From Cyanophora paradoxa CCMP329 (lineage: Eukaryota; Plantae; Glaucophyta), in NCBI GenBank assembly GCA_004431415.1, contig QPMI01000495.1:62001-126000 (forward strand): a DNA stretch of 64,000 nt. The letters run 5' to 3'. Shown piece after piece: positions 52,601 through 64,000 of the stretch. Position numbers and translations under genes: made by a program. Each line of letters opens with the position of its first letter. Position 1 is the stretch's first letter. The notes beneath the pieces are model-generated. The model made no database searches. It was not told where the DNA came from and saw only the letters and a program-made list of their open reading frames with translations.

Positions 52601-55600
52601 AACGCCGCCTGCGAGAGCTGCCCAGGCCCTCGTCAGGTCCCTGAGGTGTCCTCTGACTCTGCCGGGGCACGCGGACCTCGGCGCCCTCGTCGGGGCCCTC
52701 GAACTCCTGCAGCGCCGCGTTCTCCTCGCGGAGCTGCGGGGGCGCTCAGAAGGGCACCGAGGAGAGGGCGGGGGCGCGCACCTGGGCGGCCTCCATCTCG
52801 GAGGCGTGGAGCTCGCGCTGGAGCGCGGCGAACTTGTCCCGCCACGCCCGCGCCTCCTGCTCGTGGCTCTGCAGCTGCCCGCCCAGGTCAGCGCGCGCGA
52901 TGCGGCCCTCGCGAAATCAAGGGAACGAGAATTCAGAGTGACGGGGCGGGGCGGGGGGCTCGCCTGCTTGCGCCCCTCCTCGTGCTCGCGGACGAGCGCC
53001 TCGTAGCGCGCCCGCCACGCCCCGCCCTCGCCGGCATCCTGCGACTCGCCCTGGAGGCGCTTTCAGGCGGAGGTAGAGTTCTCAGACAAAGGCAGGGCGC
53101 ACGGAGGCGGCGCCCGCGGCGCCCTCGTGGCCGCGGGGCTCGGCCTCTCCCTGACGCGACTCGAGCTCCGCCACGCGCCGCGTCTGAGCGGGACCGTCAG
53201 GAGGAGAAGCGAGGGTGGAAAGATCTGCGAAAACTGAAGGGGGTACAATACCTGTTCGTCGAGCGCGGCCCGCAGGTGAGCCACCTCCTGCGGAAGCGGA
53301 TTACAAAAAGGCAGAAAATTGAAGTGAAGGCTTAAGATGCAAGAAAGACAAGATAGAGATTAGAGGGTCCTGAGACTGGAAGGAGGAGCCCCGTCCCCAA
53401 ACCGTGCGCACCGCGTCGCGAGCATGCATATCGCGAGCAGCGGCCTGACGGTCTGCCGCCTCCGCCTTCAGCTGTGCCCCGGAGTGTCAGGCGCGGGCCG
53501 ACCAGACTAGACCAATAGAACGATCCCGGATGAAACGCCACGTAACACGACAGTTAGACTGTGTTCGTTGGAAAGAGACCGGACCTTCTGCTCGAGGCGG
53601 TTGATCTTGTCGAGGAGGGCCGACTGCGCGCTCCGCGCCTCCAGCTGCTGCCGGAGCTCCGCCACCTCCCTGCCCCCACACCGCCCGCATGAGCGCGGGT
53701 TCGATGCTTGAGCTAGACTCCGAGCTAAAAGCTAAACGGAGGCGCGGGCGAGGCGGGGCGGACCGCTGCTGGCGCTCGGAGACCTCCGCGAGGCGCCGGG
53801 CGTACGCCTTCGAGTCGGCGAGCTCCGCCCTCTGCGGGAAGATTACGAGTCAGGGAGGCGGGGGAGGAACCGGGGGCTCGCGCGCGCCTGCTTCCCGGCC
53901 TCTTCCGCGACGCGCTGCAGGCTGTTCTCCACACCGCTGCGCGAGAGTGAGAAGGGCAGACAGAGGGCAGTGAGCCAGGCTAAGCGAAAGGAAAAAGAGG
54001 CCTCTAAGAACGATGCAGGGCGCACCGGAGGCCCTGGAGGGCGCCAAGGACGTCCTCCGGCCCCGCGACCTCCGCCGTCGCCTCGGCCGCCGCCGCCGCC
54101 GCCGCGGGGCTGCGATACGCAGTGAGGGACAGCGAGGGATACGGGGAGGGGAGGGGGGACCTGTCCGGGGGGTGCACGCGCGCGAGGGCGCGCCGCATGC
54201 TGGAGATGACCTAGGAATGACGACGTCAACAAATTGCAACAGTAGATGGACTCGGCAGACCTCGCGAAGCTCGCCAGCGACCCGCACGGAAGCGGCCGAG
54301 TCGAGGCGGGGCGTCCCTGCGCACAGAATGAGGGGGAAGGGCGGGAGGAAACGGCGGGATCGGCGGAAGGGGCGCACCCAGGGGAGTCTGGCTGGCCGAG
54401 CGGGGGGTACCGGGCGCGCGGGGGCTGTCGGGGGACCGCCCCGCCGACTCGAGACTCTCGATGCGGCGATTCAGGAGCCCGAACCGCTGCGACGAAGGTG
54501 AGGGGAGTGGACAGAAGGGGGCTACAGAGAGGTCTCACCTCCTGGGAGGACTCGAGCTCGCGGAGGCGGCCGGCAAGCTCGTTCTCGAGCTCCGTGCAGC
54601 GGGCCTGGGGTGATGTAAGAGAAAAGGAAGAGTCAGGAGGGAAGGAAAGGGGCCGACCTGGAGGCCGGCGCAGCGGGCCTGGAGCTCCTCGCAGCGCGCC
54701 TGCGACTCCTGCAGCTGCCGGGCGGCCGCCGCCGCCGCACCCGCCGAGGCCCGGGTCTCCTGCGCCAGGGAAACAGCATAAGATCAATGCCCAAAGACAG
54801 TTGCGATTAGAAATTCGGCGTGTTTCTTGGTCACGAAATGGTCGCGCACCTCGAGCTCGGCCTCGCGGGAGCGGAGGTCCCGCCCCATCTGCTCGCAGCG
54901 GCCCTCCAGCTCGTGCAGGCGCTGCCGGCGGCGCTAAGGCGAGGAGAGAGATGGGGCGCGTGCGGGAGGGCGGGAGAGGGGCGGGAGGGGGGCGGCGGGA
55001 GGATGCGGGGGGGGGGGGTGGGGAGGGGGGGTGGGGAGGGGTGAGGGTGGGGTGGGGGGGGTGGGGAGGGGGCGAGGAGCGGGAGCGGGGGGGGGGGGGG
55101 GGGTGGGGGGAAGTGGGGGAAAGGGGGTGGGGAGGGGGGGGGCGGAGCGGGAGCGGGGGGGGGGGGGGGGGGGCGAGGGGTGGGTTGGAGGGGGGGGGGG
55201 GGGGCGGGCGAGGGGGTGGGTTGGAGGGGGGGGGAGAGGCGGACCTTCATAAGCTGGTCGCTGATCGCGGGGCCCTGGCGCAGGTTCTGCGCGCGCGGCG
55301 CTAAGGCGCCAAGAATCTAGGAGGTGGTCCGAGAAGGAGATCTCTCCGGCAACGCAAGAACGAGAAAGGTTCTACTAAAGTACGCGCGAAGGGCGCACGT
55401 GGTTCTCGGCGGCGAGGTCTGCGGACTGGCGCTGGAGGGCAGCAATGGCGCTCTCCGCCTCCCGCAGCCGCTTCGCCGCTGCCGCCGCGTCCGCCTCCCG
55501 TTCCGGCATGTCCTGCCGCGCCCTGTCAGCTTCACTTGAAGTCGGAAGAGGTCGGATCGCAGCTCCTATAGGGGAATCTCTCCGAAAAGCCTCAGATCTC

Positions 55601-58600
55601 CATCAGATTCGAGTAACCGACTCCCAAACGAGGCCACACACACTCTAACGTGATTCCGACCCAGGTGGGGGCCTGGAAAGGAAACGAAAGAGGAAGGTCC
55701 TGGAGCCCGCACCAGGAGCATGTTCTCCTTGTCGGTGAGCTGCTGCTGCAGGACGTCGATGCGCCGCTCCAGCTCCGCCACGTACCTGAAGCAACCGAAG
55801 GGGAGAGCGTGAGAAGCGTTTCGCTGCCGTCGTCTCCGGAGGGCGGCGCACCGCAGCATGCGCTCGTCGATGGCGGGGCTGCGGCCCGTCGCGCCCCCGG
55901 CGGCGGCCCCGCCGCTCGGCGAGTTGGGCGACGCGGCGGCCAGCTGGGCGAGCGAGGCGAGCTCGAGAGGCGGCGAAGAGAGATCGCCGGGGGGCGGGCG
56001 GGGGCGGACCTTCTCCTTGAGGGACTGCACCTCGGCCTCGAGCTCGGCAGAGCGCTCGGCGCCCTGCGCCAGGTCCTCCTCCAGCGACGCCACCTGCGAG
56101 GGGCGCAGGGCGCCGGCGTGAGGCGGGGCACTCGGGGACAGGGATGCAGGACAGGGGTGGGATGGAATCTCGCCGGGATGCTCAGGGTTGAGCCTCCTCA
56201 GCTTACGGTGCGCAGAGACGGGGACCGACTAGAAGATAAAAGATACGCGGGACGGCCCCGCAAGGTCTGCATGTACGGACCTTGGCGGCGAGCTCGCGGG
56301 TGCGATCCTCAAGGGCCTCGTTGGCCATCGACAGGTCCGCCCCTGCCCGCCCCTCAGCCGCGCTCCCAAGAACACGAAGCAGAATGACGGGCAATTTCAT
56401 CGGATAACCGGCATTTGAAATGGATGAACACGCTTAGATGACTAGATAGTGTTACAGGGAGAGGGAGGAGCGCACCGCCCTGGCGGGATAGGAGGCGCCG
56501 GTTCTGGTCGCGGGACACGTAGAGCTCCTCCCGCGTCTCCTGCAGGGCGTGCGGGGTAAGAAGTCGGGGTACGGAGAGAGGGAATGCCGGAGGGGAGCGC
56601 GCCTGCAGCTGCTTGAGCGTGGTCGCGACCTCGGCGCGGGCCTGGCGGGCGCTCAGGCGGGCTGGCGGGGCACAGGGCTGGAGTGGGAGCCGGCGGAACC
56701 TTCTCCAGCAGCTCGGTCTCGCTCCGAAGGCGGGCCTGACAAGGGCGTGAGTGGGGGGCGGCGGGGGCAGCCGGGGGTGGGCGGGGCGTGCCTGGAGGCG
56801 GGCGTTGTTGTCCTCGAGGCGGCGGCGCTCCTCCCGCTCCGACCCGAGCTCCGCGCTCCCCTTCTGAGCCTCGGCCTGTCGGAGCCAAGTCAGGGAGCGA
56901 ACTACACCGGAAGGGAGCGACGGGAGGTGGGAAGGGGCGCGCCTCGGCCTCGGTGGTGCGCTTGCGGAGCGCCGCGACCTCCTGGTCCCGCACCCGCAGC
57001 ATGCTCTCCACCTGGCCGAGTCGGATCAGGGGGCGAGCGGCCGCAGCTAGCCGCTTGCATATCTAGACGCAGCCCGCATTTCGCAGACTCTGTCCGAAGG
57101 CGATGACTCCCGTTCCCACGCTCGCAAACGTTTTAAGCGGAGATCCGCGCGCACCTGTTCGCCGCGAGTCGACTCTTCGGAGAGGCGGGTGCGCGCTTCG
57201 TCCGCCTCCCTGCGCACCGCCTCCGCCGCCTCCTCCGCCTCCGCCGCCCGCTCTATGGCCGTCTGCAGCTCCGCCTGCGCCTCGGCGAGCGCCGCCTCCT
57301 TACCCTCCAGCGCCTCCCGCGCCGACGCGAGCTCCTCCTCCGCCCCTGCGGCCGCGCCACATCAATCTTAAGCACGATATGGCGGACGGGTGACAAGGAA
57401 AGCCGCTGCGCTGCCCTCCGCGGCCCGCCGCGGAGTTCGAGGGCGCACGGGCGAGGGAGGAGGAGAGGGAGGGGACGTCGCTGTCCCGCACGACGCGGAG
57501 CTCGACCTCCAGCTGCCGCGCCTTCTCCTGCGAGGCGGCGTCAAGGCATCGCGGGCGGCTTGGCGATGGCATCCGGGAGTACATGCGGAGGGTGTTAGAG
57601 AGGGCGGACCTGGAAGGCGACGCGCTGAGCCCGCTCGACCTCCAACCGCGCGGCGATCTCCGTGCGGCCTGCCGGGGAAACAGGCCTCAGTCCCTTCGCC
57701 TCGTGCTTGATTGCTGGCTGATAATATCCTGGGTCATATCCTGCTTCTGTCCTCCGCCTAGAAACACTGCCCGGATAGTCCAGCCGGGCGGCCTCCCCCG
57801 CAGCTTTTTCCCTCAAGAAGAACGTCGCACCGTCGTTTACGGAGCGGTGCTGGGACCGGAGCGCCCGGCAGCGCTCCTCTGCCTCGTCGCACTCGCGCCT
57901 GCCACCACCGCCCGACGCTCAGCGCTCGCCGTTTGCGAGGTGCTTTGCAGGGCGCTTTCGATAGTACTAGGATCTCCCGCGGAGGAAGAGATTCTCCGCG
58001 CACCGAAGCTCCTCGATTTCTTGGCGGGCCGCTCGCAGCTCCTCGCGCGCCACCGCCCGCTCCCGCTCCGCCTCCTCCCTCGCCTCTCCCTCTTTTGCCG
58101 CCTGCGGGGTACCGTGAATCGACGCGTAGCCGCCAGCAGCTCTCCCATCCCGCCCCGTCGCGCCTGCCCGAGGATGGATCGCTCGGCGTCCTTGACACGG
58201 TCTGAGAGGTGCTCCCTCAGGTCCTCCAGCTCCGCTGCGGGCGGCAAGGGTTAGCTAGGCTGTGCCAGGGCCCTCCGCGAGTTGGCTCCGAGTTGGCGCA
58301 CCGATAGCCGACCTGTGCGCTTCCTCCGTCTCCCGCACGATCGCCCGGACGGCGGCGAGTTCCTCCTCCAGCTGCCGCGCACGTGCCGCATCCACTGCGG
58401 CCCGCGCCGACGCGTCTTTAAGCGCCGCTGCCTCCGCCTCCGCCCGCTCCCGGTGGTGCTGCGCCGCCCGTGCTGCCGCCGCCTGCTCCGCGAGCTGCTT
58501 GGTCGCCTCCGCGCGGTGTGCATCCGCCGCTGCCGCCTTTGCCTCTGCGTCCTTGGCTCGCAACGCGTGCGCCGCGCCCTCCTCCTTCAGCTTCTGCACC

Positions 58601-59568
58601 TCCATACGCGTCTGGGCGCCGCGCCCCGGGGTGTCACCCCGGGCCGGGGAGGCAGACGCCAGAGACGCAGGCCCACCTCCCAGTGAACTTTTTCCAGCAT
58701 TTGGTAGCGCTCCTGCAGCGTCGCCATCTCGGCGCGCGCCTTGTCCACTTGCTCGTGCATGCTCGAGTTGGACTGGGCGGCCCGCGTCAGCGGAAACGTT
58801 AGATGTGCTGGTCGCAGGCGCCGGCGCGGCGCCGAAGGGAGACTGGGCGTTGAAAGGCACCTGCTTCTCCAGCTGGGAGCGCTGAATGTGCGACTCGAGG
58901 CGGGACTGGAGGTTGATGACCTGAGCGAGGGCGAGGTCGGCCGCCGCCGCGAGTGGGCGACGGGGCAGGATCGCACCTCTTCCTGACGCTCCCGGAGCCT
59001 CTCGGAGAGAGCGCTGACGCTCTTTTGCAGGACCGCCACTTGCTCGCCGGCTGCCCTACGCTCCTCCTGCAGGACGAGTTACAGAGGGCGGCCACAGCGG
59101 ACAGGCCAGACGCACTCGCAGGGCGAGTAGCTCTACATCTTTGAGCTGAGACTCTTCCTGCAAGAGCGGTTGAGGGCACGGCTGAGCGGGCGACGATGGG
59201 GGCGAACCAGTAGCCGGTTCCGCTCGGCCTCCTCCGATGCGATCCGCGCGGTGAGCTCGTTCACCTGCGTCGGCCGCCGCCGTCGGACTCCGGCGGAGGC
59301 GCTCGGGCGCGAGTCGCACCTTCTCGCCAAGCGCGTACAACTTCCGAGTCATCACCTGCGCGCCACCAGCACTGCTGGTATCGCTCCTCTGCAAACGAGC
59401 GGTCCATGGATGAGTCAGCGGGCGCCCGGCGAGCGTGGCCGCGTGGCAAAGTTCGAATACCAGGCTCGGGCTTGCGGTCAGGCTTGGCGAAGGGGCCGGT
59501 CCCGAACGTACATGCCGGTTAGGTAGATGTGCCGGAGGCGAGCCCTGAGGGCCCCCACTTGGCCACAT
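49698..59568 (-). CDS. Very long Ala/Glu/Arg-rich coiled-coil protein with a C-terminal PLC-type PH domain (probably one gene; exon structure approximate)
   Basis: Many heptad-like exons with spliceable boundaries from ~59.5 to ~51.9 kb, then a low-complexity linker. The C-terminus reads GILHKFAWSRSRRVKRWVIL..LRWGDPK..CFSIVFPHRTLDFSA..LITWYLGLKNL. Confidence 0.6.
54965..55240 (+). repeat. ~270-bp intronic G-rich tract
   Basis: Almost pure G runs with A/T/C interruptions, including GGCGAGGGGTGGGTTGGAGGGG-like units twice. Confidence 0.85.
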
Positions 59569-59884
59569 CGTTGTGGCACACAGTTGTGCGCTCGGTGGGG
59601 TACAGGGACCTCAGGTGTGCCGGGCCGGGCGAGGACGAGGGCGTGCCGCAGCAGTTCTACGCGGTGCGCAAGATCTTAGAATCGCTGGAAATCAAGACCG
59701 CACTAGCCGGACGCGTCCCGAACGCGGTGACGCGAACGCAGCGCGTGCGCGGCCTGCTCCCGGCGGAGTCTGGCAGAAGTGAACGTATCATTAGCTGCAG
59801 GCGATACCCAGCACCTGGCCGCCTCAGCACCAGCACAGGCAGATATCTGCTCAGCGCTAGCGCCGCTTCGCGGCTCTCGGCAAC

Positions 59885-62800
59885 ATGCTCTCAGCTTCCG
59901 CCCGAGCGGGGCTGGCGCGCTCCCTCTCCCTCACACACATGCGCATTTCGTCACGATGCGTTTCGGACGCCGTCAAGATGCGCAAGCCGTGGGAAGTGGT
60001 GCGCAAGCGCCCGAGAAGCTTCGGGCCAGCCTCGATCTTTGTGGATAGCTAAAAGCGACGTTGCGGCAGGTCCGCGACGCCCCACCGATCCCGCCGCCGC
60101 CGCCACCACCCCCGGCCCGTATGCCTTCGCGAGACAACCGCGACTTCCGGCGGGGCTTCGGCGATCGCGAAGGCAATCGCCGCCCGCACAACCGCATCCA
60201 TGAGTATGCTCGCGAAGAAGGAGAGGAGACAACCGAGGCGGAGGGTGCCAGGCGTCGCCAGTTCAACGAATGGCAGCAGAAGCAAGAAGTGCTCTTGTTC
60301 CAATCGCTCTATTATCGTCGAACACTGTGCCTTCTTACTTTTCTTTCAGGAAACCGCGAAACGCAAGGCGAAGGCAGCGCGCATCACATCACGCGCCCCA
60401 GTTCGCGCTTTCTTTTCTTTAAGTGTCTTTACGAGCGCGCCCATCCGTGATGTGGCGCGGATAGGGAAAAGAAACAGAAGATTCTGCATCAGTATCGAAG
60501 CCATCGGAGAAACGCGTGGTCGAACTTACAGCCGGGAGAAAGTCCGTGCAGGAGCTCTCAGCTCTGTTTGGCGTGCCCATCAAGCGTCTGTCGCGAACTC
60601 TGCAGTATTTGGGCTACTGGAACTCATCGAAATCTGTCCGGGAAATCGGGCTCTTGTCTCTCAATGTTGAGCAAATCGAATTGGTCGCTGCCGACCTTGG
60701 CGTTGAGACAATAAGAAAGTTCGAGGAGCTAGACCCCAAGAAGAAGAAGGAGAAGGTAAATGCAATGCACTACAGATTTCGTTTATTGTGTTCTGGATAA
60801 CCCTGAATGACCTCCTTCGCAGGACGCCACTCGCGCTGGCCTGCCACCGCGGGCACCAATTGTCACAATCATGGGTCATGTCGACCATGGAAAAACCAGC
60901 CTCCTGGACGCTCTGCGCAAGACCTCAGTGGCAGCAGGCGAAGCTGGCGGAATCACGCAGCACCTGGGTGCTTTTCAAGGTGCTTTCAATTTTCAATATG
61001 TCTACCTGTATATTCTTCCTTCGCTCTTTAACGCTTTTTTCATACAGTTGTGATGCCGAGTGGGCCGAGAATCACGTTCTTGGACACTCCAGGGCATGCA
61101 GCATTCCAGTCCATAAGAGCACGTGGCGCCCAGGTTCGTTTTTTGTTGTCAAACTCGCTTTTGCCTCCTTATGTGTATTGCGCGTACACGTTGTTCATCA
61201 TGTGCGTGGCTTCAGGTGACCGATGTTGTCGTTCTGGTCGTGGCAGCAGATGACGGTGTAATGCCGCAAACAGTGGAAGCCATCAGGCATGCTCAGGCTG
61301 CACGAGTACGTATCAATTTGAACTTGCGTGCAATTCTGTTTGGCTGATGCCTGTTCCAGGTCGCAATTGTGGTTGCCATCAATAAGTGTGATGTGCCAGA
61401 TGCGAACCCACGAAAAGTGCGAGAGCAGCTTCTTTCCTACAATATCGTGTGTGAAGAATACGGAGGCGATGCTTTATGTGTCGAAATCAGTGCCAAGCAA
61501 GGTTCTGACTTTCGTTTCAATGCGCACTCGTGTATCCTGACCTTCATTACAGCACGAAATTTGGATAAGCTTGAAGAGGCTATTCTCCTTCAAGCTGAGA
61601 TGCTAGACATCCGTGCATCGAACTCGGGATCAGCCGAAGCAACTATCCTCGAAACAAGAATGGACAAGCATTATGGAGTGGTCGCCTCTGCAATCGTTCG
61701 CGAGGGCAGACTTGCGGTGCACGCTCCGGCATAGCAAACGGATCGTTAACTCACAATCACTGCAGCCTGGCGACTATATTGTGGCCGGCAATCAGTTCGG
61801 GCGGGTTCGCCTTCTGCTGGATGACCAGGGCAGACCTCTCGATGAGGCCCTGCCGGCACAACCGTGCATGGTGCATTGCTCTGGGTTGGGGGCAAACTTG
61901 TTCATTGGACTGAATTATGTCCTTAGATCGTCGGTCTCAAGGGATCACCCCAGGCAGGCGATGAAGTGCTTGTCGTTGAAAACGAAGATCAAGCAGAAGA
62001 AGTGTGTGCCTACAGGAGCGACCTTATGAAGCAACGAGAGCTGGTGTGCTTGAATTTTGCACAGCCCTGAAGAGCAGCTCTCAATCGTGACACTCTTTGC
62101 ATAGGAAACAACGAAGTTCATCATGGCTGCCAAGGAGGAAGATGAGGTGGACCAGTATGGCAATAAGGTGAACAAGAAGAGGGCCAGATTCCTCCGGAGG
62201 CAAGCAGAAATGGCGAAAAAGGCGGAGCAGCGGGCACAGCACAACGTTGGCGATGCACACGAGGTCGAGGAAGAGGATGCATACTTACCACAAGTTGCGG
62301 TCGTGATCAAGGCAGATGTCACGGGCTCCATGGAGGCGATCATCCACATGCTCTCACTCTGGCCCACTGTGAGCTTTGGTTTTGAAAGCATTGTGGTTGT
62401 AGATTAACCTCAATGTGGTGCAGGACGAGGTTGAGGTCATCGTCGTCGGCAGTGGCCTTGGCGAAGTCAATGCCAGCGATCTCCAGACTGCTGCAGCTCT
62501 GAAGGCTGATGTCTACGCTTTCAATGTGGGCATCAGTCCTTCCATCGCAGAGGCTGCAAGACAGGTACATTGCCAGTTTATGTAAACTGGACAGAATTGA
62601 TTTCTTGTACCCAGATGGGCATTAAGTGCAAGGACTTCAACATTATTTACCGCCTTCTCGAGGACATTCGGGACAACGCTAGCGCCCTCTTGCCGGCGAA
62701 GTACGAGATGGAACCCTTATCTAGAGCCGAGGTTTGCTTGACTCGAATAGCACCTGCAACACGATTCTTACATGTTCTGTAGGTTGCACAGATCTTCAAG

Positions 62801-63076
62801 ATGAAGGTTCCTGGAGGCTACAAGGTGGTTGCAGGCTGCAAGATTGCGGAAGGGCTGTTTGCGAGAAAGAATTTGGTACAAGTTTTGAGGAATGGCAAGG
62901 TCCTTCACGAGGGGAATGTCAGCACCTTGAAGCATTTCAAGGACGATGTCACAGAAGTCAAAGCTGGCCAGGAGTGTGGCATTTCGATTGATGGGTTTGA
63001 AGACATACAGGCAGGAGACGTGATAATGTCAGTGGAGAAGAAGAAGATTGACAGGAAGATCTCTGTTCCACTGTAA
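59885..63076 (+). CDS. MTIF2: Mitochondrial translation initiation factor IF2
   Basis: Arg/Ser-rich presequence [14 protein letters not shown], then [71 protein letters not shown] and [19 protein letters not shown]. Confidence 0.93.
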
Positions 63077-63826
63077 GATTTTCTACTGTAGACGCTCGAG
63101 CTTTGCCATAAGCTCTACTCATCTTGCCATGGCCAATGCGTTCAGCGTAGACAAGTGAGCTAGCGGCTAGTTGACTGCATCTGTGACCTACGCATGTGTG
63201 GGCTATACGTAGGAAGGTAGACGAGAATGGAGTCCCTGTCCTGTCCTTCAGCTTCCTAGTTAGCTATAGTTCGGCAGCTAGCCTAGTAGCACTGATAATG
63301 CCGTGTTCGAATTCAAAGCCCTGTACATGTGCACAGTAAGTTGTATGCCTTAGATTTAATTTAATTTCGCTGAGTCCGAATTTTCAGGTTGGACAAGAAG
63401 GTTAACGCCGTGACTCAGTGACGTTAACCTCAGGCCGCGCGCAGTTCCGCATGCGCAGCCCGGGAGCCTGGCAGCTGAATCTTGAATAATATTCTATGAT
63501 ATTAATCAGACCGCGCCGCGTGGGGCCACGTGCACCGGTACCGCCATTCGTTGAAGTTAACATTAAATATAACTTGGCCCGTACGTGTGCACGTGCAGCA
63601 GTCCTAGTCACTGTGGCACCGGGTACCAGTTAATGTGATCCGAGTCGCCTTGTGCTAGCATACCCGGTTTTCACAGCAAAACAGGAGCTGCGGCGCCCGC
63701 GGTGCCCGAGCCGCTTCAGTTGCTCCCTGCCCCTTCAGGCTTCCCCTACGATCACATGCATGATCCGCTGATAAATGAAACCCATGCAAGTGCGATTATC
63801 CAACCACAACGTCATGGTCCATCGAC

Positions 63827-64000
63827 TCACTTGGACTCGTTCACTGCAGCAATCGGTCAAACAGGGAAACATCCAAAACAAGCCTGGCTTACGGAAATCA
63901 AAGTCGTCATCGTCCACAACCGGTGCGGCAGCAGGCGACCCCGATGGCGCAGGAACATCCTTCAAAATGTCGTCCACTGACGAGGGAAATGCATGTAAGC
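63827..64000 (-). CDS. 3' end of an unidentified gene (acidic C-terminus), continuing beyond the window
   Basis: Spliced ..DDILKDVPAPSGSPAAAPVVDDDDFDF|LNESK* with canonical splice sites. Confidence 0.5.

Noticed and set aside
54800-54808. GTTGCGATT match to the 24-bp repeat inside an intron
   Set aside because: It is an isolated 9-mer with no junction. It shows such matches can arise by chance, which weakens the 34571 match.

Overview
Eukaryotic nuclear DNA: GC-rich, gene-dense, standard genetic code, with many short (~45-70 nt) GT-AG and GC-AG introns. The ORF track therefore shows only exon fragments, and I built gene models by splicing by eye. A plastid transit peptide with an early Phe (MTSAFV...) and the intron style suggest a primary-plastid alga, possibly a glaucophyte (inference only). 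About 19 genes are recognisable: RETICULATA-related, WDR18/IPI3, UFSP2, an uncharacterised bacterial-like family protein, PDCD7/U11-59K-like, DDX42, YIF1, a bestrophin-C2 fusion, TAF1, myo-inositol dehydrogenase, NDUFB9, eIF3m, SHMT, SRPK, DCP1, OTUD6B-like, CCT2, a coiled-coil/PH protein and mitochondrial IF2. The 3' end of one more gene lies at the right edge. Two observations stand out. (1) A bestrophin-family channel is fused to a C2 domain whose two halves are in swapped order, with all five Ca2+-ligand Asp retained. (2) A 24-bp repeat built of telomere-like hexamers runs in register with TTAGGG and sits at the junctions of orphan gene fragments (a WDR18 copy, a stray terminal exon, possibly a mitochondrial-carrier 3' end). 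Gene boundaries are manual and approximate.
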